From contig JAUSNM010000035.1 in assembly GCA_030645535.1 (NCBI GenBank), positions 1,002-65,001 on the forward strand: DNA of 64,000 nucleotides, in the 5' to 3' direction. Both the position numbers and the translations under genes were made by a program. This document shows, piece by piece, positions 20,145-30,240 of this stretch. The first letter of the stretch is position 1. Every line of letters begins with the position of its first letter. The stretch is from Gallionella sp. Lineage in GTDB: Bacteria; Pseudomonadota; Gammaproteobacteria; Burkholderiales; Gallionellaceae. The notes below the pieces were generated by a model. That model was given only the letters and a program-made list of their open reading frames with translations, ran no database searches and was not told where the DNA came from.

Positions 20145-20255
20145 TTTATTCTCCTTCGACGGACAAGTTAATTGGGGAAACTCACTATTAGCGCATGGTT
20201 GAGCAATTCACTATACAGCAATCAGATAGCGACCACGTATCCTGGTGAAATCCGC

Positions 20256-20375
20256 TTAACCCCCCAGATAGGCGCGTTGCACGGCATCGCTGCCCAGCAG
20301 TTCGCCAGACTCACCCGACAAGGTAATCGTACCGCCCTCTATCACGTAGCCGCGCCCGTCCATCATAATGTTCAT
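20256..20375 (-). pseudogene. C-terminal remnant of a LivF-type ABC ATPase
   Basis: Manual translation [34 protein letters not shown]-stop matches the LivF tail; the rest of the gene is absent. Confidence 0.75.
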
Positions 20376-20596
20376 ATATTACGACGCAACCTATTGAATA
20401 GTTTAAAGTATTATACTCAACATCGAAGGCACCAAGGCCGCACTTCTCCTGACAGTGGGCGTACCGCGCAACCTTTTTCCCGTGCTGCAGACAAGCAGCA
20501 AATGCCAAAAACGCTTTAACAACGTGTATTTTTCGACGAGCAGCGGCAGCTTTGATAAGGCATAATCGCGCCATAAAAATTTACAGGGAGAACCCC

Positions 20597-22000
20597 ATGC
20601 CATTGCCGATATTCCGCACCAAGCCGATTGCAGCTGACGACACATGCGACACCGGCCTCAAGAGATGCCTGTCCGCGTTCGACCTCACCCTGCTCGGCAT
20701 CGGCGCCATCATCGGGACCGGCATCTTCGTGCTCACCGGCATCGCAGCAGCCAACCAGGCAGGTCCCGCGGTGGTACTGTCGTTCGTCATCTCCGGTTTT
20801 GCCTGCGCCTTCGCCGCACTGTCCTATGCGGAACTGGCAGCCACAGTGGGAGGATGCGGCAGCGCCTATGGTTACAGCTATGTCGCGTTCGGCGAGATCG
20901 TCGCCTGGATGATCGGCTGGATCCTGCTGCTTGAATACAGCGTGTCGGTGGCTGCGGTGGCCAACGGCTGGTCGGGCTACTTTAATAACGCGCTTTCCGC
21001 GATGGGCATGGCACTGCCGGAAATGCTCACCAAATCGCCCGCTCTGGGCGGACTCATCAACCTGCCCGCCGCTTCCATCATCCTGATCCTGATGGGGCTG
21101 CTGATTATCGGTGTCAGACAAAGCGCACAACTCAACACCGCGATGGTGTTCATCAAAGTACTGACCATCACCGTGTTCATCAGCATCGCGGCATTCAACG
21201 TCGATCCGGCCAACTGGCATCCGTTCATGCCCTACGGCTGGTTCAATACCCTGCCTGACGGCAGCACTACCGGCGTGCTGGCGGGCGCATCGCTGGTGTT
21301 CTTCGCCTATGTCGGTTTCGATGCAGTTTCGACGGCAGCCGAGGAAGCAAAAGATCCGCAGCGCGACCTGCCGACCGGCATTATCGCATCCTTGATCTTC
21401 TGCACCGTGATCTACATCATCGTGTCCGGCCTGTTGACCGGCATCGTGCCCTACACCCAGCTCGGTGTTTCCTCACCAGTCGCCCATGCGCTGAAACTGC
21501 TGGGATACAACTGGGCTTCGGCGCTGGTTTCCACCGGTGTCATCGCAGGGCTCACCACCGTGATGCTGGTGCTGTACTACGCGCTAACGCGGATTATCCT
21601 GTCCATGTCGCGCGATGGACTGCTGTCCCCGTTCCTGTCCAAAGTTGATTCAAAAAGGAGAACCCCGGTGCGCGTCATCGTCATCACAGGCAGCATCATG
21701 TCCCTCGCCGCAGGACTGTTTCCACTCAGCGCACTGGTGGAGCTGGTCAACATCGGCACGCTGGCCGCATTCGTGGTGGTCTGCCTGGGCGTAATCGTGC
21801 TGCGCATCCGCCAGCCAAATCTGCATCGCCCGTTCAAGAACCCTTTCGGCCATCTATTTCCCGCGCTCGGCATGATCTCCTGCGCAGGATTGATGTCCTT
21901 CCTGCCTTCACAGACCTGGCTGCGCTTCACCGTCTGGCTGTGCATCGGCCTGATCGTCTATTTCACCTACTCGATTCGCCACAGTAGACTGGCAAGATAA
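20597..22000 (+). CDS. APC-family amino acid permease
   Basis: GIGAIIGTGIF, GSAYGY, FFAYVGFD and EEAKDPQRD; about 12 TM helices; GGGAG RBS. Confidence 0.93.
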   Translation: MPLPIFRTKPIAADDTCDTGLKRCLSAFDLTLLGIGAIIGTGIFVLTGIAAANQAGPAVVLSFVISGFACAFAALSYAELAATVGGCGSAYGYSYVAFGEIVAWMIGWILLLEYSVSVAAVANGWSGYFNNALSAMGMALPEMLTKSPALGGLINLPAASIILILMGLLIIGVRQSAQLNTAMVFIKVLTITVFISIAAFNVDPANWHPFMPYGWFNTLPDGSTTGVLAGASLVFFAYVGFDAVSTAAEEAKDPQRDLPTGIIASLIFCTVIYIIVSGLLTGIVPYTQLGVSSPVAHALKLLGYNWASALVSTGVIAGLTTVMLVLYYALTRIILSMSRDGLLSPFLSKVDSKRRTPVRVIVITGSIMSLAAGLFPLSALVELVNIGTLAAFVVVCLGVIVLRIRQPNLHRPFKNPFGHLFPALGMISCAGLMSFLPSQTWLRFTVWLCIGLIVYFTYSIRHSRLAR

Positions 22001-22029
22001 GTGCACCGCTTGTCAATTTGACGGGCAAC

Positions 22030-22056
22030 AAAAAAGCCGGCTTGTGCCGGCTTTTT
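22030..22056. terminator. Bidirectional rho-independent terminator
   Basis: AAAAAAGCCGGC-TTGT-GCCGGCTTTTT between convergent genes. Confidence 0.88.
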
Positions 22057-22118
22057 CAAGATCCTTCTAATACTTCGACAAGGCTCTTCTGAGCAAAGTA
22101 AAAGGACTCAGGACAGGC

Positions 22119-22496
22119 TTATTTGGCCAAGCCTAAAATGAAGCGCACCAGTTGCTTCATTTGATCCTGTTTCTTGCCGGAGGCGTCATTAGCGGGCATC
22201 GGCATGGTACCCCATACGCCGGCACCTCCCTTGGAAACCTTGGTAATCAGCCGGGCCTCAGCACTCGGGTCGCCTTTGTACTTCTTCGCAACATCCATCC
22301 ACGACGGGCCGACCAGCTTCTTGTCAATCGCGTGACAAGCGGTGCAATTATTCTCCCTGGCAAGCACGGGCATATTTTTATCCGACTCACTGCCAGTCGA
22401 AACAGAAATTGGGGGTGTAACTGTGTGTGCTTCTTCAGTCTTGTTACAAGCAGCCAGCGCAAACAAGCACAACATCAAAACGTAGCTTTTTTTCAT
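22119..22496 (-). CDS. Class I monoheme cytochrome c (c551/c552-like), lipoprotein
   Basis: Lipobox LAAC, CTACH, KLVGP and WGTMPMP axial Met. Confidence 0.9.
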   Translation of the reverse strand: MKKSYVLMLCLFALAACNKTEEAHTVTPPISVSTGSESDKNMPVLARENNCTACHAIDKKLVGPSWMDVAKKYKGDPSAEARLITKVSKGGAGVWGTMPMPANDASGKKQDQMKQLVRFILGLAK

Positions 22497-22528
22497 GACA
22501 TTCCCGGTTTTATAAAACTCGGCCAACA

Positions 22529-22560
22529 TAAAAACGAAGCCGACTAAAGAATCGGCTTCG
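22529..22560 (-). terminator. Putative terminator after the middle cytochrome gene
   Basis: CGAAGCCGA..TCGGCTTCG stem with a T-tract on the minus strand. Confidence 0.65.
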
Positions 22561-22576
22561 CTTCGATACTAGATGA

Positions 22577-22894
22577 TTACTTCAGGCCAGCGATGAAATG
22601 AGACAATTCTTTGATGTCTGCATCTGATGCGCCCATGCCCTTAGGAGGCATAGAACCCATCTTCCAACCGAAAGAGCCACCCTTGGTGATGCTCGCTGCG
22701 ATCTTGCTTTCAGCATCCTTGTCGCCAGCATACTTCTTGGCAACTTCAGCCCAAGCCGGCCCAACCACCTTCTTGTCGATTGCGTGGCAGGCGCCGCACT
22801 TTGCTTTGCCATTTGCCGGCATATCAACAGCCATTGCAGAACCTGCAACCATCAAACCTGCTGCTACTGCGATACTTGCGATGATAGATTTCAT
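22577..22894 (-). CDS. Class I monoheme periplasmic cytochrome c
   Basis: Signal peptide ending AMA, CGACH, KVVGP and GSMPP. Confidence 0.92.
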   Translation of the reverse strand: MKSIIASIAVAAGLMVAGSAMAVDMPANGKAKCGACHAIDKKVVGPAWAEVAKKYAGDKDAESKIAASITKGGSFGWKMGSMPPKGMGASDADIKELSHFIAGLK

Positions 22895-23041
22895 ATATTC
22901 ACTCCCTGATTATGATCAAAAAACCTGCAAAATTTGAAGGCATCGCCTCCGCTATCGATTCTAAACAACTCCGATCAGTTTGCCTACCAACTTTTCCGAC
23001 CGTGAGCGATTAACGTTCACAATCTCACTCCGGTTGACAGC

Positions 23042-23647
23042 TCATTGCAAATTCAGCACAAACTTTGCCAGCGTCCTGCGATCCGCTTCGCTGATTTGAG
23101 GGTGAGCCGGCATAGGCATGCTGCCCCACACCACGCCGCCACTGGCGATCGTGTTAACGCCGCCCTTTGCAATCTTGTTCACCAGACGCGATTCTGCACT
23201 CGCATCGCCGCGATATTTGGCCGCCACTTCTTTCCACGCCGGACCGACTAATTTTTTGTCAATCGCATGACAGACCAGGCAATTATTCTTTTTCGCCAGA
23301 GCGAGCGCATCCACTGCAGACACGGCGGCTTTACTCTTTACCTCCGGTTTGGCGGCTGCGGCTACAGGTGCTGCGAGCGCAGCCGGGCCTGATGCTTTCA
23401 TGATATCCGGCGGCGCTTTGGCCTGCTCTTCAGGCTCGGCTCGTTTGCTTGCAGACGAATCTGCCAGCTTGTGCAAATGACAAGGCTTGCCGTCTTTCTC
23501 CACGCAATCCTTCTTGTGCTTATGCGCCTTCGGCTTGGCGGCCGGCACGGCTTTTTCCGCACCGGGCGCTATGACCGCATCGACCGCAATTGCCTGGCCA
23601 GCATACAACGCAGCCAACAACATCAACAACAGATTACTTGTTTTCAT
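23042..23647 (-). CDS. Class I monoheme cytochrome c with an N-terminal His/Cys-rich extension
   Basis: Signal peptide, HKHKKDCVEKDGKPCHLHK, Ala/Pro linker, CLVCH and WGSMPMP. Confidence 0.88.
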   Translation of the reverse strand: MKTSNLLLMLLAALYAGQAIAVDAVIAPGAEKAVPAAKPKAHKHKKDCVEKDGKPCHLHKLADSSASKRAEPEEQAKAPPDIMKASGPAALAAPVAAAAKPEVKSKAAVSAVDALALAKKNNCLVCHAIDKKLVGPAWKEVAAKYRGDASAESRLVNKIAKGGVNTIASGGVVWGSMPMPAHPQISEADRRTLAKFVLNLQ

Positions 23648-23680
23648 GCCCTATCTCCTTCAGGTTAAAAAGCAAAGCTG

Positions 23681-24601
23681 TTATACAGACTCGGCGCGAT
23701 ATTCGACGATCAGGGTATGACGGGTTCCCGCAGCAACCTTCACGACATTGTCGATCGCATTCGCCGATTCCACACAGAGCATTTCGCGCCAGCCGTCCGG
23801 CTGCCCCATGTCGGCCATCTTATTGGCTTTCTCGGCCCACGGTGTCCATACCACTGTGGACATGCTGCCCGATTTGGCAATATAAATGCGGCGATTAAGC
23901 TTGTCGTCGTGAATCACGCATTCATCTGCGTTGTTGATATACACCCGGTCAGTCTCACCGGGGAAGCTGATTGCACCCTCCTGTTTACGCAAGTTGGAGC
24001 CGCCAACCTTATCCCAATATTCGCATCCCGCCAGTCCGGTTACGCGCACCGCACTGATGTCACCGATCTGAAAGTAGGTATGCAAAGCTTCACCTATTTC
24101 AAAATCATTAGCCCCGGTGTTTTCGGTAGTCATTTCCATGCGCAGTGTCTCGCCGACGATCACGGTCAAATCCACGTTGCAGTCGTACTGCCACTGCATA
24201 CGCGTCTTTTCATCAGGTACCAGACGCAAGGTCAGGCGTGTCGCCCCATTTGGCTCAGTACCCGATTCGATCACGCGCCAGGGCACGGTACGTGCAAAAC
24301 CGTGGCCCGTGAAGCTGGCTTCGGTCGCATGTGCACCGAACCATGGCCAGCACACCGGGGCACCACCGCGTATGGATTTTCCTGCCGCCAGCTTGGCGTC
24401 CCTTGACAACCACACCACCGGCACCGATTGGCTTTTCGGCTGCCAGGTCATCAGATGCGCACCCTGCAAACACAGCGCTGCCGACCCTAATTCGTTGCTG
24501 ATCTCTGCGACGATCAGGCCGCTGGCATCCTCACGAAAGCTCAGTTGTCCGCTGATGCCAAATTGCGTATTCAATTGTTGTACTGTTGTCATTTCAAGCA
24601 C
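23681..24601 (-). CDS. D-hexose-6-phosphate mutarotase (YeaD family)
   Basis: IRGGAPVCWPWF, HGFAR, ALHTYF and MLCVE. Confidence 0.9.
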   Translation of the reverse strand: MLEMTTVQQLNTQFGISGQLSFREDASGLIVAEISNELGSAALCLQGAHLMTWQPKSQSVPVVWLSRDAKLAAGKSIRGGAPVCWPWFGAHATEASFTGHGFARTVPWRVIESGTEPNGATRLTLRLVPDEKTRMQWQYDCNVDLTVIVGETLRMEMTTENTGANDFEIGEALHTYFQIGDISAVRVTGLAGCEYWDKVGGSNLRKQEGAISFPGETDRVYINNADECVIHDDKLNRRIYIAKSGSMSTVVWTPWAEKANKMADMGQPDGWREMLCVESANAIDNVVKVAAGTRHTLIVEYRAESV

Positions 24602-24618
24602 CTGATTTAATTGTATTT

Positions 24619-26466
24619 TTATTTTTCAATTTGCGACACATCACGCACCGCACCCTTATCGGCACTGGTGGTCATCGCCGCATACGCCCTGAGCGCGACC
24701 GATACGTGCCGCACACGGCTGACAGGCTTCCATGCTTGTTTGCCACGCGCTTCCATCTCGGTGCGACGACGCGTCATTTCCTCATCGGATACGCTCAGCG
24801 AAATACTGCGATTCGGAATGTCGATTTCTATCATGTCACCCTCTGCGACTAAACCAATCGCGCCTCCTGCAGCAGCTTCCGGCGAGACGTGGCCTATGGA
24901 GAGGCCCGACGTGCCGCCTGAGAAACGCCCGTCGGTCAGCAACGCGCAAACCTTGCCCAGTCCTTTCGATTTCAGGTACGCGGTCGGGTACAGCATCTCC
25001 TGCATGCCAGGACCGCCCTTGGGTCCTTCATAGCGGATCACCACCACGTCACCGGCGACAATTTGATCGGCAAGCACTGCAGCAACCGCATCGTCCTGAC
25101 TCTCGAACACACGCGCAACACCTTTAAACTTCAAAATACTTTCATCCACGCCGGCCGTCTTCACGATGCACCCGTCAAGCGCAACATTGCCATGCAACAC
25201 CGCCAACCCGCCATCCTGACTGTAAGCATGCGCCTTGTCGCGTATGCAGCCATTAGCGCGATCCGCATCCACGTCCGGATATAACATGGATTGTGAGAAT
25301 GCGATAGTCGTGACGATGCCGCCGGGTGCTGCGCGGAAAAATTTCTGCGTCGTCTCATCTGCGCTTTGCGCGATGTCCCATTGAGCCAGGCCTGCACGCA
25401 ACGTCTTGCTATGCACCGAACCCACCTCGCCGTGCAGTAACCCGGCGCGATCCAGTTCGCCCAGAATCGCGGGTATGCCCCCTGCGCGATGCACATCTTC
25501 CATGTGGTACTCGGACGATGGCGCAACCTTGCACAGCGTCGGCACATGGCGCGACAGGCGATCCATGTCCTTCATCGTGAAATCCACACCCGCTTCGCGC
25601 GCAATGGCCAGCAGATGCAGCACGGTGTTGGTCGAACCGCCCATCGCGATATCCAGCGTCATCGCATTCTCAAAGGCATTGAAAGTGGCGATATTGCGCG
25701 GCAAAATCGACTCATCGTCCTGCTCGTAATAGCGTTTGCACAAATCGACAATCACCCGTCCTGCGCGCAGGAACAACTGTTTGCGTTCGGCATGGGTCGC
25801 CACCAGAGAACCGTTGCCGGGCAGCGACAAACCCAACGCCTCGGTCAGGCAATTCATCGAATTGGCGGTAAACATGCCGGAGCAGGAACCGCAAGTCGGG
25901 CACGCGGAACGCTCGATAGCATTGACTTCTTCGTCACTGTAATGGCTATCCGCTGCCGCGACCATCGCATCCACCAGATCCAGACCTCGGGTCGCGCCAT
26001 TCCAGTTCACCTTGCCGGCCTCCATCGGGCCTCCCGAGACGAACACCACCGGGATGTTCAGGCGCATCGCCGCCATCAGCATGCCTGGCGTGATCTTGTC
26101 GCAATTGGAGATACACACCAGCGCATCGGCGCAATGGGCGTTGACCATGTATTCAACGGAATCGGCAATCAAATCACGGCTGGGCAATGAGTACAACATA
26201 CCGCTGTGCCCCATCGCGATGCCATCATCGACAGCTATCGTATTGAATTCTTTGGCTATTCCGCCCGCCTTCTCGATCTCGCGTGCGACCAGCTGCCCCA
26301 TATCCTTCAAATGGACGTGACCCGGCACGAACTGAGTGAAAGAGTTGGCAATGGCGATGATGGGCTTGCCGAAATCACCTTCAGTCATGCCGGTTGCGCG
26401 CCACAAAGAGCGCGCACCGGCCATGTTGCGGCCATGAGTGGAAGTACGTGAACGGTAAACTGGCAT
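24619..26466 (-). CDS. ilvD: Dihydroxy-acid dehydratase
   Basis: [25 protein letters not shown] and TDGRFSGG. Confidence 0.98.
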   Translation of the reverse strand: MPVYRSRTSTHGRNMAGARSLWRATGMTEGDFGKPIIAIANSFTQFVPGHVHLKDMGQLVAREIEKAGGIAKEFNTIAVDDGIAMGHSGMLYSLPSRDLIADSVEYMVNAHCADALVCISNCDKITPGMLMAAMRLNIPVVFVSGGPMEAGKVNWNGATRGLDLVDAMVAAADSHYSDEEVNAIERSACPTCGSCSGMFTANSMNCLTEALGLSLPGNGSLVATHAERKQLFLRAGRVIVDLCKRYYEQDDESILPRNIATFNAFENAMTLDIAMGGSTNTVLHLLAIAREAGVDFTMKDMDRLSRHVPTLCKVAPSSEYHMEDVHRAGGIPAILGELDRAGLLHGEVGSVHSKTLRAGLAQWDIAQSADETTQKFFRAAPGGIVTTIAFSQSMLYPDVDADRANGCIRDKAHAYSQDGGLAVLHGNVALDGCIVKTAGVDESILKFKGVARVFESQDDAVAAVLADQIVAGDVVVIRYEGPKGGPGMQEMLYPTAYLKSKGLGKVCALLTDGRFSGGTSGLSIGHVSPEAAAGGAIGLVAEGDMIEIDIPNRSISLSVSDEEMTRRRTEMEARGKQAWKPVSRVRHVSVALRAYAAMTTSADKGAVRDVSQIEK

Positions 26467-26520
26467 GATGTCTCTTCTGTGTAAGCTATAATCAAGTTAC
26501 CGATTCTACCCGATTCCATC

Positions 26521-27351
26521 ATGCTCGTTTATCCACAAATAAATCCAATCGCCTTGCAACTCGGTCCGCTCGCCATTCATTGGTATGGCCTGATGTATAT
26601 GGCCGGCTTCCTGACTTTTATCTGGCTGGGACGAAAACGCATCGTTGCGCTAGCGGGCATGCCCCCCCACCCCGCCATGCCCGCTTCCCCGTCAAACTCT
26701 CACCCCCAGATGACCAACAAGTTGCTCGACGACCTGTTGTTCTACGGTGTGCTCGGCGTCATTTTAGGCGGACGCCTGGGCGAAGTGCTGTTCTACAATC
26801 CTGGTTACTATTTGTCGAATCCGCTCAAAATTCTCGCCGTCTGGGAAGGCGGCATGTCTTTTCACGGCGGGTTTCTGGGGGTATTGGTGGCGATGGCGTT
26901 GTTCGCCTGGCAGCAGAAATTGCGCTGGCTGGAACTGATGGATTTTATCGCACCCCTGGTGCCTCCTGGCCTGGCGTTCGGCCGACTGGGCAATTTTATC
27001 AACGGCGAATTGTGGGGGCGACCTACCGATGTGCCGTGGGGCATGGTATTTCCCAGGGTGGACAACCTGCCGCGCCACCCTTCCCAGCTTTATGAATTCG
27101 CGCTGGAAGGCCTATTGCTGTTTGTCCTGCTCTGGTTTTATGCGCGCAAACCTCGTCCGGTCGGTGCAGTATCGGGCCTGTTTTTGATCGGCTATGGCAG
27201 CTTCCGCTTTCTTAGCGAATTCACACGCAACCCGGACGATGGCATCTTCGGATTGATGACCTTCGGTATCAGCATGGGACAGTGGCTCAGTCTGCCCATG
27301 GTACTGGCTGGAATACTGATGATGATCTGGAGCATCCGCCGGACAGCTTGA
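26521..27351 (+). CDS. lgt: Prolipoprotein diacylglyceryl transferase
   Basis: [27 protein letters not shown] and RHPSQLYE. Confidence 0.97.
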   Translation: MLVYPQINPIALQLGPLAIHWYGLMYMAGFLTFIWLGRKRIVALAGMPPHPAMPASPSNSHPQMTNKLLDDLLFYGVLGVILGGRLGEVLFYNPGYYLSNPLKILAVWEGGMSFHGGFLGVLVAMALFAWQQKLRWLELMDFIAPLVPPGLAFGRLGNFINGELWGRPTDVPWGMVFPRVDNLPRHPSQLYEFALEGLLLFVLLWFYARKPRPVGAVSGLFLIGYGSFRFLSEFTRNPDDGIFGLMTFGISMGQWLSLPMVLAGILMMIWSIRRTA

Positions 27352-27412
27352 CACCTGCCACGACCTCTCGCACACTGCCCCGACTAACACAGGCCTCAAC
27401 AACTACTTTACC

Positions 27413-28711
27413 TTGAACGACATCTCTACAGGCTCACTGTTTGGCATCCTGCTGTTGCTGCTGGTTTGCAGCGCGTTTTTTTCCGGCTCGGAAACCAGCA
27501 TGATGGCAATCAATCGCCATCGTCTCAGTCATTTGGTGCGCAAGGGCAACAAGAGCGCCAAGCTTACCGCACAGCTATTAGGCAAGATAGACAAGCTGCT
27601 GGGCTCCATCCTGCTCGGCAATACCCTGCTCAATGTCGCGGCGGCCACGCTGACCGAATTCATCATCCTGCGCCTGTACGGTCATAACGAGCTGGCCATG
27701 CTGATCGGCACACTGCTCATCACCCTGATGCTGCTGATTTTCAGCGAAATCTTGCCGAAAATCATCGCGGCGACCTATCCGGAACGCGTCGCCCTCCCGT
27801 CGAGTTACCTGCTAACACCCCTGATCACGCTGTTCCACCCGGTGGTCTCAGTAGCAGGTGGTATTGTTAAAGGCGTACTGTGGCTGATGCGCATCAAAAT
27901 ACAGACCGATCAGAGCAAACAAAAAATTACCATGGAAGAACTGCGCGGACTGGTGCTGGACGCCGAGCATTTCCTGCCGCGCAAACATCAAAAAATGCTG
28001 CTCAATCTGGTCGATCTGGAACGCATCACGGTCAATGACGTAATGATCCCGCGCAACCAGATCGAATCGTTGGATATTAACGCCGATCATGACACACTGC
28101 GCCAGCAGATCATCACCTGCCATCACACACTGCTGCCGGTATATGCCGACACGCCCGGCAATATCATTGGCATCCTGCACCTCAAACGCGTGGCAGCCTT
28201 GTTTCAGGATGGCACGCTGGATGTGGCGCAATTGCGCGAGGTACTCAACGAGCCTTATTTCATTCCTTCCGATACGCCGCTGCTCCAGCAACTGCAACAA
28301 TTTCAGGAGCGTCATGCACGCCTGGGACTGGTAGTGGATGAATATGGCGAACTGCTGGGTCTGGTCACACTGGAAAATATCCTGGAAGAAATTGTCGGGG
28401 AATTCACCACACAGTCACCTTCGCAAACCGGAAAATTTTTGCGCCACGAGGATGGCAGCATTCTGCTGGAAGGCGGCACCAGTTTGCGCGAACTGAACCG
28501 CAAACTGGGACTGCACCTGCCTCTGGATAGCGCAAAAACGCTCAACGGGCTGATACTCGAACATCTGGAAGACATCCCGGAAACGGGCACCAGCCTGAAA
28601 ATCGCCGGATATCCCATCGAAATCATTCAAACTCAGGATCGCATCGTCAAGGTCGCGCGTCTGTTTCCGCAGCAAATAACTAAAAAACAGGGAGTAGCAA
28701 GTAGTGAATAG
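27413..28711 (+). CDS. HlyC/CorC (CNNM) family transporter: DUF21-CBS-CorC
   Basis: SAFFSGSET, EILPK and VVDEYG..GLVTLENILEEIVGE. Confidence 0.92.
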   Translation: MNDISTGSLFGILLLLLVCSAFFSGSETSMMAINRHRLSHLVRKGNKSAKLTAQLLGKIDKLLGSILLGNTLLNVAAATLTEFIILRLYGHNELAMLIGTLLITLMLLIFSEILPKIIAATYPERVALPSSYLLTPLITLFHPVVSVAGGIVKGVLWLMRIKIQTDQSKQKITMEELRGLVLDAEHFLPRKHQKMLLNLVDLERITVNDVMIPRNQIESLDINADHDTLRQQIITCHHTLLPVYADTPGNIIGILHLKRVAALFQDGTLDVAQLREVLNEPYFIPSDTPLLQQLQQFQERHARLGLVVDEYGELLGLVTLENILEEIVGEFTTQSPSQTGKFLRHEDGSILLEGGTSLRELNRKLGLHLPLDSAKTLNGLILEHLEDIPETGTSLKIAGYPIEIIQTQDRIVKVARLFPQQITKKQGVASSE

Positions 28712-28770
28712 AGAGTGGAAAAACCTGCGACTACATCCTACTTACCACTCCCCACTCCCCACTTACAGCT
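28691..28770. repeat. Bipartite heptamer repeat element overlapping the corC stop
   Basis: GGAGTAG CAAGTAG TGAATAG AGAGTGG ... CTACTTA CCACTCC CCACTCC CCACTTA. Confidence 0.7.
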
Positions 28771-28837
28771 TCTCTGGCTTTACAATGTAACCAAAGCTCG
28801 GCATCATGCCCGCTAACGGCAACTCAGAGGACACGTT

Positions 28838-30049
28838 ATGGCTGTCGCACCAACGAAAGCAAAAGAATATACCTACAGCTGGGAAGGCAAAGACAAAACT
28901 GGCAAGTTAGTCAAAGGGGAAATGCGTGCGGTAGGTGAGGCCAACTTGTCCGCCCATCTGCGCCGTCAGGGCATCAATGTCACCAAGATTAAGCGGGCGC
29001 GCAGCAGCGCCAAAGCGATCACCCAAAAAGACATCACCCTGTTCACCCGGCAACTGGCCACCATGTTGAAAGCGGGTGTACCGCTGCTGCAGTCATTCGA
29101 CATCGTAGGCAAGGGGCATCACAACCCGTCCGTTTCCCGATTGCTGCTCACGATAAAAACCGATATTGAAACCGGCAACAGCTTGCAACAAGCCTTCAAG
29201 AAGCATCCACTCTATTTCGATGACTTGTACTGCAATCTGATCGGTGCGGGTGAATCAGCGGGTATTCTGGACAGCTTGCTTGAACGTCTGGCGACTTATC
29301 AGGAAAAGATTCTGGCGATCAAGAGCAAGATCAAATCGGCTTTGTTCTACCCTGTCTCGATCATCGTCATTGCGTTCGTCATTACCGCCGTGATCATGAT
29401 TTTCGTCATTCCCGCATTCAAGCAGTTATTCTCAAGCTTCGGCGCGGATCTGCCTGCGCCGACGCTGTTCATCATGGCCATTTCCGATTTCTTTGTCACT
29501 TACTGGTGGGCTATTTTTGGCAGCATAGGCGGCGGACTTTATACATTCTTCTACTTCTGGAAACGCAGCCGCCCCATGCAACACTTCATGGATAGGTTAC
29601 TGCTTAAAATACCGGTATTTGGCGAACTGGTGAAGAAGGCCACCATCGCGCGCTGGAGCCGTACACTGTCCACGATGTTCGCCGCCGGCGTACCGCTGGT
29701 TGAAGCTTTCAATTCGGTTGCCGGTGCGGCGGGCAATGCCGTATATTTCGACGCCACCAAGAGTATTCAGCGCGAGGTGAGCACCGGCAATAGCCTGACT
29801 GTCGCGATGCAAAACACCGAAGTCTTTCCCAGCATGGTGATACAAATGGTGTCTATCGGTGAAGAGGCAGGTTCGCTCGATGCAATGCTCTCTAAAGTTG
29901 CCGACTTTTACGAGGCTGAAGTGGATGATGCCGTCGAAGCGCTGGCCAGCCTGATGGAACCTGTCATCATGGTGGTACTCGGCACGTTGATCGGCGGCAT
30001 GGTCATCGCGATGTATCTGCCAATCTTCAAGATGGGCCAGGTGATATAA
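28838..30049 (+). CDS. pilC: Type IV pilus assembly platform protein
   Basis: FTRQLATMLKAGVPL, GESAGILD, KSALFYP and YLPIF. Confidence 0.96.
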   Translation: MAVAPTKAKEYTYSWEGKDKTGKLVKGEMRAVGEANLSAHLRRQGINVTKIKRARSSAKAITQKDITLFTRQLATMLKAGVPLLQSFDIVGKGHHNPSVSRLLLTIKTDIETGNSLQQAFKKHPLYFDDLYCNLIGAGESAGILDSLLERLATYQEKILAIKSKIKSALFYPVSIIVIAFVITAVIMIFVIPAFKQLFSSFGADLPAPTLFIMAISDFFVTYWWAIFGSIGGGLYTFFYFWKRSRPMQHFMDRLLLKIPVFGELVKKATIARWSRTLSTMFAAGVPLVEAFNSVAGAAGNAVYFDATKSIQREVSTGNSLTVAMQNTEVFPSMVIQMVSIGEEAGSLDAMLSKVADFYEAEVDDAVEALASLMEPVIMVVLGTLIGGMVIAMYLPIFKMGQVI

Positions 30050-30052
30050 AGC

Positions 30053-30218
30053 AGGATTCAGGATCAAGGATTCGGGATGCAGAAAAAGTCAAAAGCAGCG
30101 TGCGGATTTTCCTGAGTCCTGAGTCCTGAGTCCTGAGTCCTGAGTCCTGAGTCCTGAGTCCTGAGTCCTGAGTCCTGAGTCCTGAGTCATGAATCCTGAA
30201 TCCTGAATCCTGAATCCT
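30053..30218. repeat. Bipartite heptamer tandem repeat (VNTR)
   Basis: Left arm of 4 AGGATTC-like units; right arm of 11x CCTGAGT (30111-30187) plus 4 CCTGAAT-like units; the arms are complementary. Confidence 0.92.
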
Positions 30219-30240
30219 TCAACCTATTGAAACAGCCTCC

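Noticed and set aside
22119-23647. Cytochromes as an iron oxidase (Cyc2/MtoAB)
   Set aside because: All are small monoheme proteins with no porin or multiheme partner, so iron oxidation cannot be claimed from this window.
30111-30218. Tandem arrays as a possible CRISPR
   Set aside because: 7-bp units without unique spacers, and no cas genes in the window.
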